Positions 30,093 through 39,304 of a stretch of 60,083 bases of DNA are shown in pieces. The notes below the pieces were generated by a model. That model was given only the letters and a program-made list of their open reading frames with translations. It was not told where the DNA came from and did not search any database. A program made the translations under genes and the position numbers. The DNA comes from an uncultured archaeon. GTDB taxonomy: Archaea > Asgardarchaeota > Lokiarchaeia > Sigyniarchaeales > SOKP01. The first letter of the stretch is position 1. The number at the start of each line of letters is the position of its first letter. The DNA is taken from contig CAZBPC010000012.1 in assembly GCA_964493715.1 (NCBI GenBank), positions 2,990 to 63,072 of the forward strand, read 5' to 3'.

Positions 30093-30427
30093 ATGATAAA
30101 AACAACCTCTTTTTAAACCACATACTTGAATCGTGTAAAAATATTATAGATTTTACAAGAGATATAGATTTTCAAACTTTTATAGACAAACGATTGATTC
30201 AAAGTGCTGTTATTAGAGAGCTTGAAATAATAGGAGAGGCGACAAAAAACCTTCCTGATGATATAAGAAAACATTTTAAAGATATTCCTTGGAATAAATT
30301 AAGTGGAATGAGAGATAAGTTAATCCACGGATATTTTTCAGTCGATCTAAAAGAAGTATGGAACACTGTTAAGAAAGACATATCTATACTTAAAAGTGGA
30401 ATTGAGAAAATATTAACGAAAAGTTAA
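30089..30427 (+). CDS. HepT/DUF86 HEPN ribonuclease toxin
   Basis: LEIIGEA, IPW, MRDKLIHGY (Rx4HxY). Confidence 0.9.
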   Translation: MNDKNNLFLNHILESCKNIIDFTRDIDFQTFIDKRLIQSAVIRELEIIGEATKNLPDDIRKHFKDIPWNKLSGMRDKLIHGYFSVDLKEVWNTVKKDISILKSGIEKILTKS

Positions 30428-31480
30428 TTAACAAATCCGAGGGATTGCTTCCCCTAAGGGCATGTCGATAAATCTGGTTCCCCCAACTAAAGTCATTAAT
30501 AACACCTTTTTAGGATTGGTTTCTTCCACTTTTCCAATAACCTCAGCTTCCTTTCCAATTTCTGTTGATCTTATCTTCCTAAGAATTTCCCCTGCATTTT
30601 CTCCATCAACGGAGAGAAGAGCTCTTCCTTCGCACGCCATTGTATAGGGATCTAAACCAAGCATGTCACAAATTGCACCGACTTGCTTCTTAATAGGGAT
30701 TTTTTCTTCTTCTAATATAATGCTCACATTAGACTTATATGCCCAATCGTTTAAAGCTCCAGCAATGCCTCCTCGCGTGGGATCTTTCATGGCATGGATG
30801 TAATTTTTTTCTCGTTCTGATTTCAACGCATCATGAATTTCTAACAAGGATCCAACATCAGATTCCAAGTCACTATATATATTTAATCCTTCCCGGGATG
30901 ATAACAGTGAAGAACCATGGTCCCCAATACTTCCCGTGACAATGATTCGATCTCCTGGTTTTAAATTATTATCAAGAATTTTAATGCTTTTTTCCTTGAT
31001 TCCGATTCCAGTGGTAGCCATTATGATTTCATTCAAACTTCCTCTCGGCATGACTTTAGAATCTCCAGCAATAATTGCTACATTTCCTTCCTTCGCCGTG
31101 AAATTAAACGAATTCACAATTTTATTCAATGTATCGAACTTAAATCCTTCTTCAATTATTATAACCGACGTCATAGCAAGAGGAGTGGCTCCCATCATCA
31201 ACAAGTCATTGATTGTACCACAAGCGCTCAAAATTCCTAAATTGCCTCCTGGAAAGAATATAGGATGCACGGTGTGACCATCCGCAGAAACCACGATTTC
31301 TTTATCATAATCCTCTAGCGGAATTGTGGCCCCGTCATCTAACTCTTCAACACCTATACCACCATTAACTCTTTTCAAGGAAATATTTTTGGTGATGAAA
31401 TTAATGAGTTCGGCTTGTAAAATCCCACCAGATCCATGAGAAATTTGAACCACATTTGAACCTAGTTTTTTCATGGTCAT
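30428..31480 (-). CDS. hypE: hydrogenase maturation protein HypE
   Basis: HGSGG, PIFFPGG, DPTRGG, C-terminal PRIC. Confidence 0.96.
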   Translation of the reverse strand: MTMKKLGSNVVQISHGSGGILQAELINFITKNISLKRVNGGIGVEELDDGATIPLEDYDKEIVVSADGHTVHPIFFPGGNLGILSACGTINDLLMMGATPLAMTSVIIIEEGFKFDTLNKIVNSFNFTAKEGNVAIIAGDSKVMPRGSLNEIIMATTGIGIKEKSIKILDNNLKPGDRIIVTGSIGDHGSSLLSSREGLNIYSDLESDVGSLLEIHDALKSEREKNYIHAMKDPTRGGIAGALNDWAYKSNVSIILEEEKIPIKKQVGAICDMLGLDPYTMACEGRALLSVDGENAGEILRKIRSTEIGKEAEVIGKVEETNPKKVLLMTLVGGTRFIDMPLGEAIPRIC

Positions 31481-31793
31481 GATTCAAAGAAAGAATCCAA
31501 AATATTAAGAATTTAGCTAAAATAATATAACCAAAATTTGAAAATTTGGTGTAAAATGAGAGATTTATAATTAAATTAACCATATTCTTAGAAGTTGCTA
31601 TTTTCACTTTATTGTCTGAAACAACTCGAATTTTTACATGGATATTTATGAATAATGATTCATAACAATTTAGCTAGCTCCTTTCCTTAAAATCACCAGA
31701 ATTTTCGGAATTTTTCGAAGATCCATGAATACTGCTCTTAAATTAAGAAGATTTTAATAATTTATAATATATGAAAAAATAATCACAACTAAC

Positions 31794-31833
31794 TAATTTA
31801 TTTGACAAATTAAATAATTTGTTTGATAATTTA
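31794..31833. promoter_or_regulatory. tandem imperfect palindromes upstream of vhuG
   Basis: TAATTTATTTGACAAATTA (31794-31812) and TAATTTGTTTGATAATTTA (31815-31833); 16/19 identical with a 21-nt period. Confidence 0.35.
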
Positions 31834-31878
31834 GCCTATTGATTAAAATAAATAAAACAAATAAAAGATGAATAAAAT

Positions 31879-33198
31879 ATGGCTGTAAAAGTTGCATTTA
31901 TGCAATGTAGCGATTGCTGGGGTTGTCACCAGTCCTTATTGAATGCTCATTTAGGATTGCTGCCAGTTCTTCCAGCTCTCGATATAGTATACTGGCCAGC
32001 CGTAGTCGATTTCAAACATGACTCTTTAAAAGCAAGACCGGATGGAGATATTTTAGTCGGGTTTTGTGAAGGAAGCTTGCGTACTAACGAAGATGTCGAA
32101 AATGCGAAGCTCATGAGGGCAAAATGTCAATTAATCCTTTCATTTGGCTCTTGTTCATGCTATGGAAACGTTCATGGGTTAGCAAATGAATGGGATATAC
32201 AAGATTCAATTGATAGAAAATTCAAGCAAGCAGAATCAATTACAAACAAAGATACTGCTAAAGAACCTACTTCACACATGCCTGGTTTTACGAAAAAAAT
32301 CGTCCCTTTAGATGAAGTTATTAAAGTGGATGCATACATCGCTGGATGTCCGCCTAAACCAGAAGCCATTATTAGTGCAGTTCAATTCCTACTTGGACAG
32401 AAACCACAACCAATGGCTGATGCTGCATTTTGCAGTGAATGCGTGTTAAAAGATAGTGGGTGCGTGCTCGAAAAAGGGGTTCTCTGTTTTGGACCAATTA
32501 CCAGTGCAGGGTGTACTTTAAAATGCACGAGTAATGGTAATCCCTGCGTAGGATGTTTAGGCCCAAGCAAAACGGTGGATTCTAGAGCAAACAAATTAGC
32601 TGATATGGTCAAAAATGCTGGTGCTTTGAGCTCTGGAGATAAAAAGAACATGTATGAATTCTTGGCGCTCTTCTTGAACATTCCGTTAATGGCAGGCTTC
32701 GATCTTGCAGGAGATATTTTAAAGCAAATAAAGAAAACTGGCGCACCTCAAACACTTCTAGCAAACTTACCGTCTGAAACGGAAGGGATTGCTTCGAGCA
32801 TGATGGGTTATCTGAAGGATCATAGAGACTTTTTAACGGTCTCTACCGTCTGTGATACGTGCCCACGAAAAATTGGGAGCAAGTCTCAAATGACAAGAGT
32901 TAAGCGAGACTATGAGGGATTGCCTAATATGGAAGATTGCTTGATTGAACAAGGATATCTTTGTGCGGGACCAATTACAAGAGCAGGCTGCGGTGGTCTA
33001 TGCTTAAAAGTCAATGCTCCATGTTCTGGTTGCTATGGACAGACACAATGGAACGTTGACCAGGCAGAGAGATTTGCTGATATAGTGACTAAAACCTATA
33101 ATGTAGCTCTTAGCAAGGAACAATTACTTGCTCAGATGAAAGACAAAATAGGTTTTTCTGAGAAATTTACATTAGCGACTAATAAAAATTATAGGTAG
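31879..33198 (+). CDS. vhuG: F420-non-reducing [NiFe(Se)] hydrogenase small subunit with duplicated C-terminal Fe-S module
   Basis: CWGC, FGSCSCYG, GCPP; two copies of C..C...C....G.LC.GPIT.AGC...C.....PC.GC.G. Confidence 0.9.
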   Translation: MAVKVAFMQCSDCWGCHQSLLNAHLGLLPVLPALDIVYWPAVVDFKHDSLKARPDGDILVGFCEGSLRTNEDVENAKLMRAKCQLILSFGSCSCYGNVHGLANEWDIQDSIDRKFKQAESITNKDTAKEPTSHMPGFTKKIVPLDEVIKVDAYIAGCPPKPEAIISAVQFLLGQKPQPMADAAFCSECVLKDSGCVLEKGVLCFGPITSAGCTLKCTSNGNPCVGCLGPSKTVDSRANKLADMVKNAGALSSGDKKNMYEFLALFLNIPLMAGFDLAGDILKQIKKTGAPQTLLANLPSETEGIASSMMGYLKDHRDFLTVSTVCDTCPRKIGSKSQMTRVKRDYEGLPNMEDCLIEQGYLCAGPITRAGCGGLCLKVNAPCSGCYGQTQWNVDQAERFADIVTKTYNVALSKEQLLAQMKDKIGFSEKFTLATNKNYR

Positions 33199-33209
33199 GT
33201 GAAAAAGAC

Positions 33210-34514
33210 ATGGGAAAAGTTATTGAAGTTGAACCAGTCACTCGATTAGAGGGACATGGTGGTTTAAGAATAGTTTTAGGCGATGATGGTAAAGTTAAGG
33301 ATGCACAATTTAATATTACATCCACAAGATTCTTTGAGAAATTCTGTGAAGGCCGTTATTGTGAACACGTGCCCAGGATAACCCCCAGAATCTGTGGTAT
33401 TTGTCCGATTCCTCACCATTTGACGCCTACGAAAGCTGTTGAAGATGCTTGGGGTGTAAAAATTCCTGAGCCTGCCCGTAAACTGAGAATACTTCTACAA
33501 AATGCGAAGCAATATTCATCTCACCTCTTGCATTTTTATGCGTTAGCAGCACCCGACTTTTTGCTCGGGCCTTTTGCCGACCCAGCACTAAGGAATGTTG
33601 TTCACGTCATAAATAAGATGCCTGAAGTGGGAGCAATGGCATTGAAAATGATGGATTTTGGCCAAAAATTATGTGCTGCTATTGGAGGAAAGTCAGTTCA
33701 TCCTATTTCAGCAATAGTTGGAGGTATGAAAAAACCATTAGATGAAGATGTACGAGACAAATTTCTAAAGGAAATTGACGAGCAAATTGAATTCACTAAA
33801 AAGACGGTTGATATTGGCCTTAAAGTAGTCACTGATTATTGGGATGTTGTTGCCAATGTTGGGGTTGTTCCTACTTATTATTTAGGAATGACAAAAAATG
33901 GAGTTCATGATATATATGAAGGTGACATAAGAATTGTCACTCCAGACGGCAAGAAGATTGATTATGATGTTCACAAGTATTTGGATGTACTTGGAGAACA
34001 TATTCCTGATCATTCTTATGCGACTCACATGTATTATAAACCAGCTGGCTATCCTGATGGTATTTATCGAGCAAATACTCTTGCAATGATAAATTGTGCA
34101 GATAAAATGGCGACTCCATTGGCAGATGATGCATTAAAAGCCTTTAGAGACAAGGTTGGTCCAATTTCGCATCATACATTTGCATATCATTGGGCCCGAC
34201 TTATTGAAACCGTTGAATCTATTGAAATCATTGCAACATTGCTAAAGGATCCAGATATCGTAAATCCAGATTGTAAGACATTAGACGTGGAACCACGAGA
34301 AGGTAATGGTGTAGGGGTTACAGAAGCTCCTCGAGGACTTCTCCTGTACAATATTTGGTCTGATGCAGAAGGTATTTGCAAGAAATTAAACTTACTAGTC
34401 GCGACGAATCACAACATTGCTGGCATTGAAAAAACATTAATGCATACTGCTAAACAAGTATTCGAAGATAAGGCATTGGAAGGTTTAAAGTTACCAAAAC
34501 CTTGGATTGATTAA
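33210..34514 (+). CDS. vhuA: F420-non-reducing hydrogenase large subunit lacking the C-terminal L2 motif
   Basis: EPVTRLEGHG, RFFEKF, RICGICPIPH (L1), EAPRG, VATNHN; stops before the DPCxxC motif. Confidence 0.93.
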   Translation: MGKVIEVEPVTRLEGHGGLRIVLGDDGKVKDAQFNITSTRFFEKFCEGRYCEHVPRITPRICGICPIPHHLTPTKAVEDAWGVKIPEPARKLRILLQNAKQYSSHLLHFYALAAPDFLLGPFADPALRNVVHVINKMPEVGAMALKMMDFGQKLCAAIGGKSVHPISAIVGGMKKPLDEDVRDKFLKEIDEQIEFTKKTVDIGLKVVTDYWDVVANVGVVPTYYLGMTKNGVHDIYEGDIRIVTPDGKKIDYDVHKYLDVLGEHIPDHSYATHMYYKPAGYPDGIYRANTLAMINCADKMATPLADDALKAFRDKVGPISHHTFAYHWARLIETVESIEIIATLLKDPDIVNPDCKTLDVEPREGNGVGVTEAPRGLLLYNIWSDAEGICKKLNLLVATNHNIAGIEKTLMHTAKQVFEDKALEGLKLPKPWID

Positions 34515-34546
34515 AATCAATGAGGTAAAAAAAAGGCGAATATAAA

Positions 34547-34699
34547 ATGGGAGAAAACGTACCTGAAGGGGTAGTGAATCTCTTAGAAATGATCGTCAGA
34601 TGTTTTGATTGCTGACTATCATGCGCGGCCCATATCACGGTAGTGAAAGAGGACGGTGAAGAGATTTACTCTCGTAAGCTGAATGTCGGCTTAGGATGA
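34547..34699 (+). CDS. vhuU: selenoprotein hydrogenase subunit VhuU (50 aa; Sec UGA at 34613-34615), absent from the ORF track
   Basis: MGENVPEGVVNLLEMIVRCFDC-U-LSCAAHITVVKEDGEEIYSRKLNVGLG*; supplies the L2 motif missing from VhuA, with UGA at the Ni-ligand position. Confidence 0.93.
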
Positions 34700-34740
34700 T
34701 TAATCAGTAAAAAAATGAGACTGATTATGACTTAACCTAG
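34691..34740 (+). promoter_or_regulatory. eukaryote-like SECIS element of vhuU
   Basis: TTAGG-ATGAT-TAATCAGT-AAAAAAATGAG-ACTGATTA-TGAC-TTAA-CCTAG: AUGA/GA core, perfect 8-bp stem, A-rich apical loop, lower helix TTAGG/CCTAG. Confidence 0.8.
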
Positions 34741-34796
34741 CAAGGTAAAAGCTGACAAATACAAGAAATGAATTGTAATGAAAAAACGTAAAAAAT

Positions 34797-35309
34797 GTGA
34801 AGAAAATGACGATAGATTTCGAATTTCGAAAAACCGTATTGGACTACCACGTGCATGACGTGTTGAAGTATTGTTTTCAATGCAGTCGGTGCACTGACAA
34901 TTGTCCAATTTCTGCGGTCACGATTGACTTTTATACAACTACAGGATATAATCCAAGGACAAACATCTTAAATGCATTATTAGGATACAAGGATGCTATT
35001 TTTTCAGCAGATCCATTAACCATCTGGGGGTGTACTGTATGTGACACGTGCGATGAAGTATGTCCACAGCACATAGAGCTCACAGAAATATTCACGTTCT
35101 TAAAGAATGAATCTGTTAAAGCTGGAACTGCACCTGATTTTATTTATGGACAAGCGAAGGCAATTTATGATAATGCAAAGGCCATTCCTTCTCAACCAGC
35201 TATTGAGAGAAGGCGTGAGCAATTAGGAATTCCTGCCGTAGCCGCTCCAGATGTGAATGAAGTGCAAACCTTATTAAAAAATATTGGTTCTGATAAGAAA
35301 CTAAAATAG
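34797..35309 (+). CDS. hdrC: heterodisulfide reductase subunit C
   Basis: CFQCSRCTDNCP and CTVCDTCDEVCP; directly upstream of hdrB; ATG at 34806 is an alternative start. Confidence 0.9.
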   Translation: MKKMTIDFEFRKTVLDYHVHDVLKYCFQCSRCTDNCPISAVTIDFYTTTGYNPRTNILNALLGYKDAIFSADPLTIWGCTVCDTCDEVCPQHIELTEIFTFLKNESVKAGTAPDFIYGQAKAIYDNAKAIPSQPAIERRREQLGIPAVAAPDVNEVQTLLKNIGSDKKLK

Positions 35310-35324
35310 GAGGAAGAAATTAAA

Positions 35325-36191
35325 ATGACAGAATATAAAATGTTTGAGGGATGCACGATTGGTAATCGGATTCCGTTTATCGAAGCTGCATCGAGGAAAG
35401 TCTTTGATAAAGTCGGTATTATGACTTCAACCGCTCCTTTTAGTTGTTGTCCGGATCCAACAGGCATGAAATCCTTTGATAATAATGCTTGGTTAGCACT
35501 TGGTGCGAGAAATTTAGCTTTAGCTGAATCTGAAGGCAAAGATATCATTTCTTTATGTAATGGTTGTGCTAACACACTTCGCGGAGTGCAATTCCAATTA
35601 AAGCATGATAGCTTGAAAAAGGGAAAAGTGAACGCAGAATTAGCCAAAATCGGAAAAAATTATCAAGGTTCAATAGATGTGAAGCATTTTGTTGACGTGT
35701 TGAATGACAACATTGATAAAGTCAAGGGAGCAGTTACTAAACCGCTTTCTGGCCTTAAAGTAGCGGTCCATCCAGGTTGTCATTACATGCGTCCCGCAGA
35801 ATGGATGGAAAGCGACGATCCAATGCGTCCAACTACTTTGAAAAAGCTGGTAGCTGCAGCGGGAGCAACAGTAGTAGAATATGAGGAAGAGATTCTCTGC
35901 TGTGGGTCCGCAGTTACGAATGCCTATGAAGAACACGGCATGGCAAATTTGAAGGTAAAAATGGACAGTGTTAAGAAATCGGGCGCTGACATTATAGTAG
36001 TAAATTGTCCAGCATGTTTTCAACAATTTGATACCCAACAAAGAGATTTAGGAAAGAGGTATGAAACGGAATATAGTATTCCGGTGTTATACATAACGGA
36101 ATTACTCTCTTTAGCAATGGGTTTTGGTGCAGAAGACATTGGGCTTAAATTTCACAGAACTCGGATGAAATTGGAAGATTTTGGATTATAG
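35325..36191 (+). CDS. hdrB: heterodisulfide reductase subunit B
   Basis: Two CCG domains: GC...SCCP...CNGC and HPGCH...CCG...CPAC. Confidence 0.93.
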   Translation: MTEYKMFEGCTIGNRIPFIEAASRKVFDKVGIMTSTAPFSCCPDPTGMKSFDNNAWLALGARNLALAESEGKDIISLCNGCANTLRGVQFQLKHDSLKKGKVNAELAKIGKNYQGSIDVKHFVDVLNDNIDKVKGAVTKPLSGLKVAVHPGCHYMRPAEWMESDDPMRPTTLKKLVAAAGATVVEYEEEILCCGSAVTNAYEEHGMANLKVKMDSVKKSGADIIVVNCPACFQQFDTQQRDLGKRYETEYSIPVLYITELLSLAMGFGAEDIGLKFHRTRMKLEDFGL

Positions 36192-36383
36192 TTATAAAAA
36201 TCCATTCTTATCTTTTTTTTATTTTGTTTTTTTATAGATATTTAATCGTTTTCATAAAGAAGAAAAAGTATATTGATGAAAAATTTCAATAGAAATAAAT
36301 CATGCATTCCATCAAAATAAAATAGTTTGCATGTATTACAATAATTGGGTTGTAGATAACTAAATAAATAGGTGTAAAATAAA

Positions 36384-37160
36384 GTGTTGTCATTTGATGC
36401 TACGCGACCTCCACCGTGGTTTTTTCAATTTATTGAAAATTATTCGCATTTCTTTTTGGATATTAAATTTAATAAGAAAGACAATTTTGAGGAACTCGTG
36501 GAATTTAGCATAAAATTAGAGTTACGAGGATTTGAAGGATTGATCTGTTATGTCTATCGTACAAGTCACAAAAAAATGGTGTTTGATGTATTCAACCAAC
36601 AAGTGGATAGTATTCATGTAATCGAGGGTTTACAAGTCAATTTGGGAGGATCTAGTCCCATGGAGTCGATAGATTTTGTTATAATCCCTTTTGGTCATTT
36701 TAAATCGGATAATCGTTTTCTTCCCTCAATTCAATGTAAGAAATATGAGACGAGTTATCAAATATTTACATGGATTCCTTCCTTATTGTTTAAAAATGTA
36801 AAATCAATTATTCGAATAGATAATAGATACAATGAATTGATCCCGTTAGATGATGTAAGTGGATACTACTATAATTTTCATTATGCATTTAAGGGAAATA
36901 AAACAGAAATGCTCTTTAGTCTAATAAATACGGTCGGGGAGATAGATACTAACATGGAATATGAATCTCTTGCATCAGACATTAAAGATTTGATATCTAA
37001 AACTAATGAGTACTTGTTTGAGTTATCTGAAAAGAAAGTTCCTCTCGAATTGCAGAACATGTTGAAAGAGCTTGAACGGCTTAAGTTCAATATCGATAAT
37101 TTGACCAAGGAAGAGATTTTCAATTGGCTTGATGATATTATTGATTATTATTCACCATGA
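36384..37160 (+). CDS. hypothetical protein
   Basis: 258-aa ORF with no recognised motif. Confidence 0.65.
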   Translation: MLSFDATRPPPWFFQFIENYSHFFLDIKFNKKDNFEELVEFSIKLELRGFEGLICYVYRTSHKKMVFDVFNQQVDSIHVIEGLQVNLGGSSPMESIDFVIIPFGHFKSDNRFLPSIQCKKYETSYQIFTWIPSLLFKNVKSIIRIDNRYNELIPLDDVSGYYYNFHYAFKGNKTEMLFSLINTVGEIDTNMEYESLASDIKDLISKTNEYLFELSEKKVPLELQNMLKELERLKFNIDNLTKEEIFNWLDDIIDYYSP

Positions 37161-37197
37161 GAATAATAAAAAATAAAAAAAAGTTATTTCTAATTGC

Positions 37198-37752
37198 TTA
37201 TTTTTCTTTTATCATGAGAATTAATGCAACAACAAGTCCTATCACGAAATAGATTAAAGCTATAGCCAAACAAGAGAATTTGATGGTAGCCATTATAGCT
37301 GCGATGGGAGGAGCAAAGAAAGGGATTGTACTTGAAGCTTGTAGCATTATTAACAGAAAGATATTTTCAATTACATCAAAGAACCCTGACAAAACGGCTA
37401 TAAAACTCACGTATAACCCTACTTTTTGAAAATTACCCGAAACTTTTCTTGTTACAAGTACTATTCCACCAAACGCAAAAAATACGTACCCAATAATATA
37501 AATAAAATCCCAATATACCCCTGCTTCCTGCAAAGTCATGCCAGTTGAGCCCCAAGTCGTAAAAATGAGCTCCACTTGTTCTACCGTCCAAGCGAATTCG
37601 AAATTTAGGATTCCATAAGTAGCAAAAAGGCTAGAGGAACTTAAAGCTTGAAATACGAGAGTGTTTATAGCTATAAATAGGATAAATCCTCCCACAAACA
37701 GTATGATCAAATAAAGACTTTTAGGAACTTTCTTTAATTTATCTAAAAACAT
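37198..37752 (-). CDS. hypothetical membrane protein
   Basis: Four hydrophobic helices; DFIYIIGY and FDVIEN motifs. Confidence 0.75.
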   Translation of the reverse strand: MFLDKLKKVPKSLYLIILFVGGFILFIAINTLVFQALSSSSLFATYGILNFEFAWTVEQVELIFTTWGSTGMTLQEAGVYWDFIYIIGYVFFAFGGIVLVTRKVSGNFQKVGLYVSFIAVLSGFFDVIENIFLLIMLQASSTIPFFAPPIAAIMATIKFSCLAIALIYFVIGLVVALILMIKEK

Positions 37753-37878
37753 CTTTTTTCAAATTATGAAATTCAATATTTATGTACTAATTCGAGATAC
37801 AATTTAATATAAACATTAGTTTTTTTTAGAGTAAAATATTTGGATAATTAATAAAAAAAATAGAATTAAAGCTCGCTC

Positions 37879-38127
37879 ATGTGCTTGGCAATACCTGGAA
37901 AAATCATTAGTATTGATAAAGAAAATAATTCTGCTTTAATCGATTTTGATGGTCTTAAACAAACCGTAATTATAGCCCTTATCATGAATCCAGAAGTAGG
38001 TAAGTATGTTGTTGTCCACGCGGGCTATGCTATCGAACAAATGAGTGAAGAAATAGCATTAGAAGCAATAGAACAATGGAAAGAAATCGCTGAAGACCAA
38101 GATTTGAACTTAGATGATTTAATATAA
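37879..38127 (+). CDS. hypC: hydrogenase maturation chaperone HypC
   Basis: MCLAIPGK...VVVHAGYAI. Confidence 0.95.
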   Translation: MCLAIPGKIISIDKENNSALIDFDGLKQTVIIALIMNPEVGKYVVVHAGYAIEQMSEEIALEAIEQWKEIAEDQDLNLDDLI

Positions 38128-38159
38128 CATATTTTTTATTGTGTAAAAAAAATTTCCTA

Positions 38160-38342
38160 CTACTTCTTCTTAACAGAAGATATTTCCACGAGATATATTG
38201 CATTAATAAAAATTGCGATCAAGATGAAAAATAGAGAAGCGAAATTTATCAATATGTTAGTATCACCGAGAATTTGAATAGTGAATGCGACTATTAGACA
38301 GTACATACCTAAAACCAATAAATTCTCTTTCTTTTTAACCAT
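38160..38342 (-). CDS. small two-TM membrane protein
   Basis: 60 aa, two hydrophobic helices; strong GGAGGGAGGGG SD upstream. Confidence 0.6.
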   Translation of the reverse strand: MVKKKENLLVLGMYCLIVAFTIQILGDTNILINFASLFFILIAIFINAIYLVEISSVKKK

Positions 38343-38463
38343 TGCCCCCTCCCTCCTTTTCTTTAATTTTCATAATTTTTGGATTTCTCCAAAGATCTAT
38401 CTTGAAGAAGATATAAAAAAAGTCACGATGAAATCTATATAGTTTTAAAAAAATTAAAAAAGT

Positions 38464-39267
38464 TCAGAGATCAAACAATTCTTTCTTTAAAGCCTTTAGC
38501 TTGAGATAAAGAACTTTAAGGGATTTCATTGCATCTGATTCAGGGTTATAATCTATTGGAGGGATTCCGTTGAGATCTGCATTTCCTATCTCCGTATCAT
38601 AAGGAAGTGAATGATATAATGGAACTTGCCACTCTCTCACGCGTTCATTGATTATATCCATTTGCTTATCATTAATAACTTTATTTGCAACAAGAAAAAT
38701 GTTTAGAACTCCTAATTTTTTTGATAATTCGATAATTTTATAGCATAAATCCAAGGATTTTTGAGAAGGTTCGGTTACAACGATCATAACGTCTATGCCT
38801 TTGGCAGTACCCCTACCAAGATGTTCTAATCCTGCTTCAAAATCGACAATAACGACTTCATCCCTTTTTACGAGTAGATTGTATAATAATTTGCGAATTA
38901 AAGCATTCTCAGGACATAAGCATCCTGTTTCGGGCTGTTCAACTCCACCTAAAACTAATAATTGTAAACCATCAGGACCATCTACTTTAAATCTATCAGG
39001 AATATCTGAAACTTCAGGATTAATGTTATAGACTCCTGAATCGGCACCTGCTACTGAAGTTCGTTCAGTAATCATCTCTTTCATTTTAGATATAGGGACT
39101 ATTTTTGTTTTAGTATTTTCATCAATACCAAGCGTATAACTTAAATTCATTGCGGAATCATTATCGATTGCAAGCACTTTAAAGCCGTCTTTGGCAAAGA
39201 GCCTTGAAAGAGTTCCTGCAATTAATGTCTTTCCGACTCCTCCCTTTCCGCTTATAGCTAGTTTCAT
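38464..39267 (-). CDS. cooC: CooC-type nickel-insertion ATPase
   Basis: GKGGVGKT, GCLCPE (CxC), DFEAGLEHLGRG. Confidence 0.88.
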   Translation of the reverse strand: MKLAISGKGGVGKTLIAGTLSRLFAKDGFKVLAIDNDSAMNLSYTLGIDENTKTKIVPISKMKEMITERTSVAGADSGVYNINPEVSDIPDRFKVDGPDGLQLLVLGGVEQPETGCLCPENALIRKLLYNLLVKRDEVVIVDFEAGLEHLGRGTAKGIDVMIVVTEPSQKSLDLCYKIIELSKKLGVLNIFLVANKVINDKQMDIINERVREWQVPLYHSLPYDTEIGNADLNGIPPIDYNPESDAMKSLKVLYLKLKALKKELFDL

Positions 39268-39304
39268 GACTTAAGCTCTATTTGTTTTAAGTATGCGTTA
39301 AAAT

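Noticed and set aside
34450-34638. 62-aa minus-strand ORF
   Set aside because: Antisense shadow of the vhuA end and vhuU.
34697-34744. Second Sec at the terminal UGA of vhuU (would add U-LISKKNETDYDLT)
   Set aside because: No Cys-equivalent motif; the codon lies inside the SECIS core and the extension would run through the hairpin; the tail is expected to be cleaved anyway.
34727-34756. Alternative ATGA...CTGA C/D-box or SECIS-like hairpin
   Set aside because: Its stem is short and irregular compared with the perfect 34701-34727 stem; kept only as a possible alternative fold.
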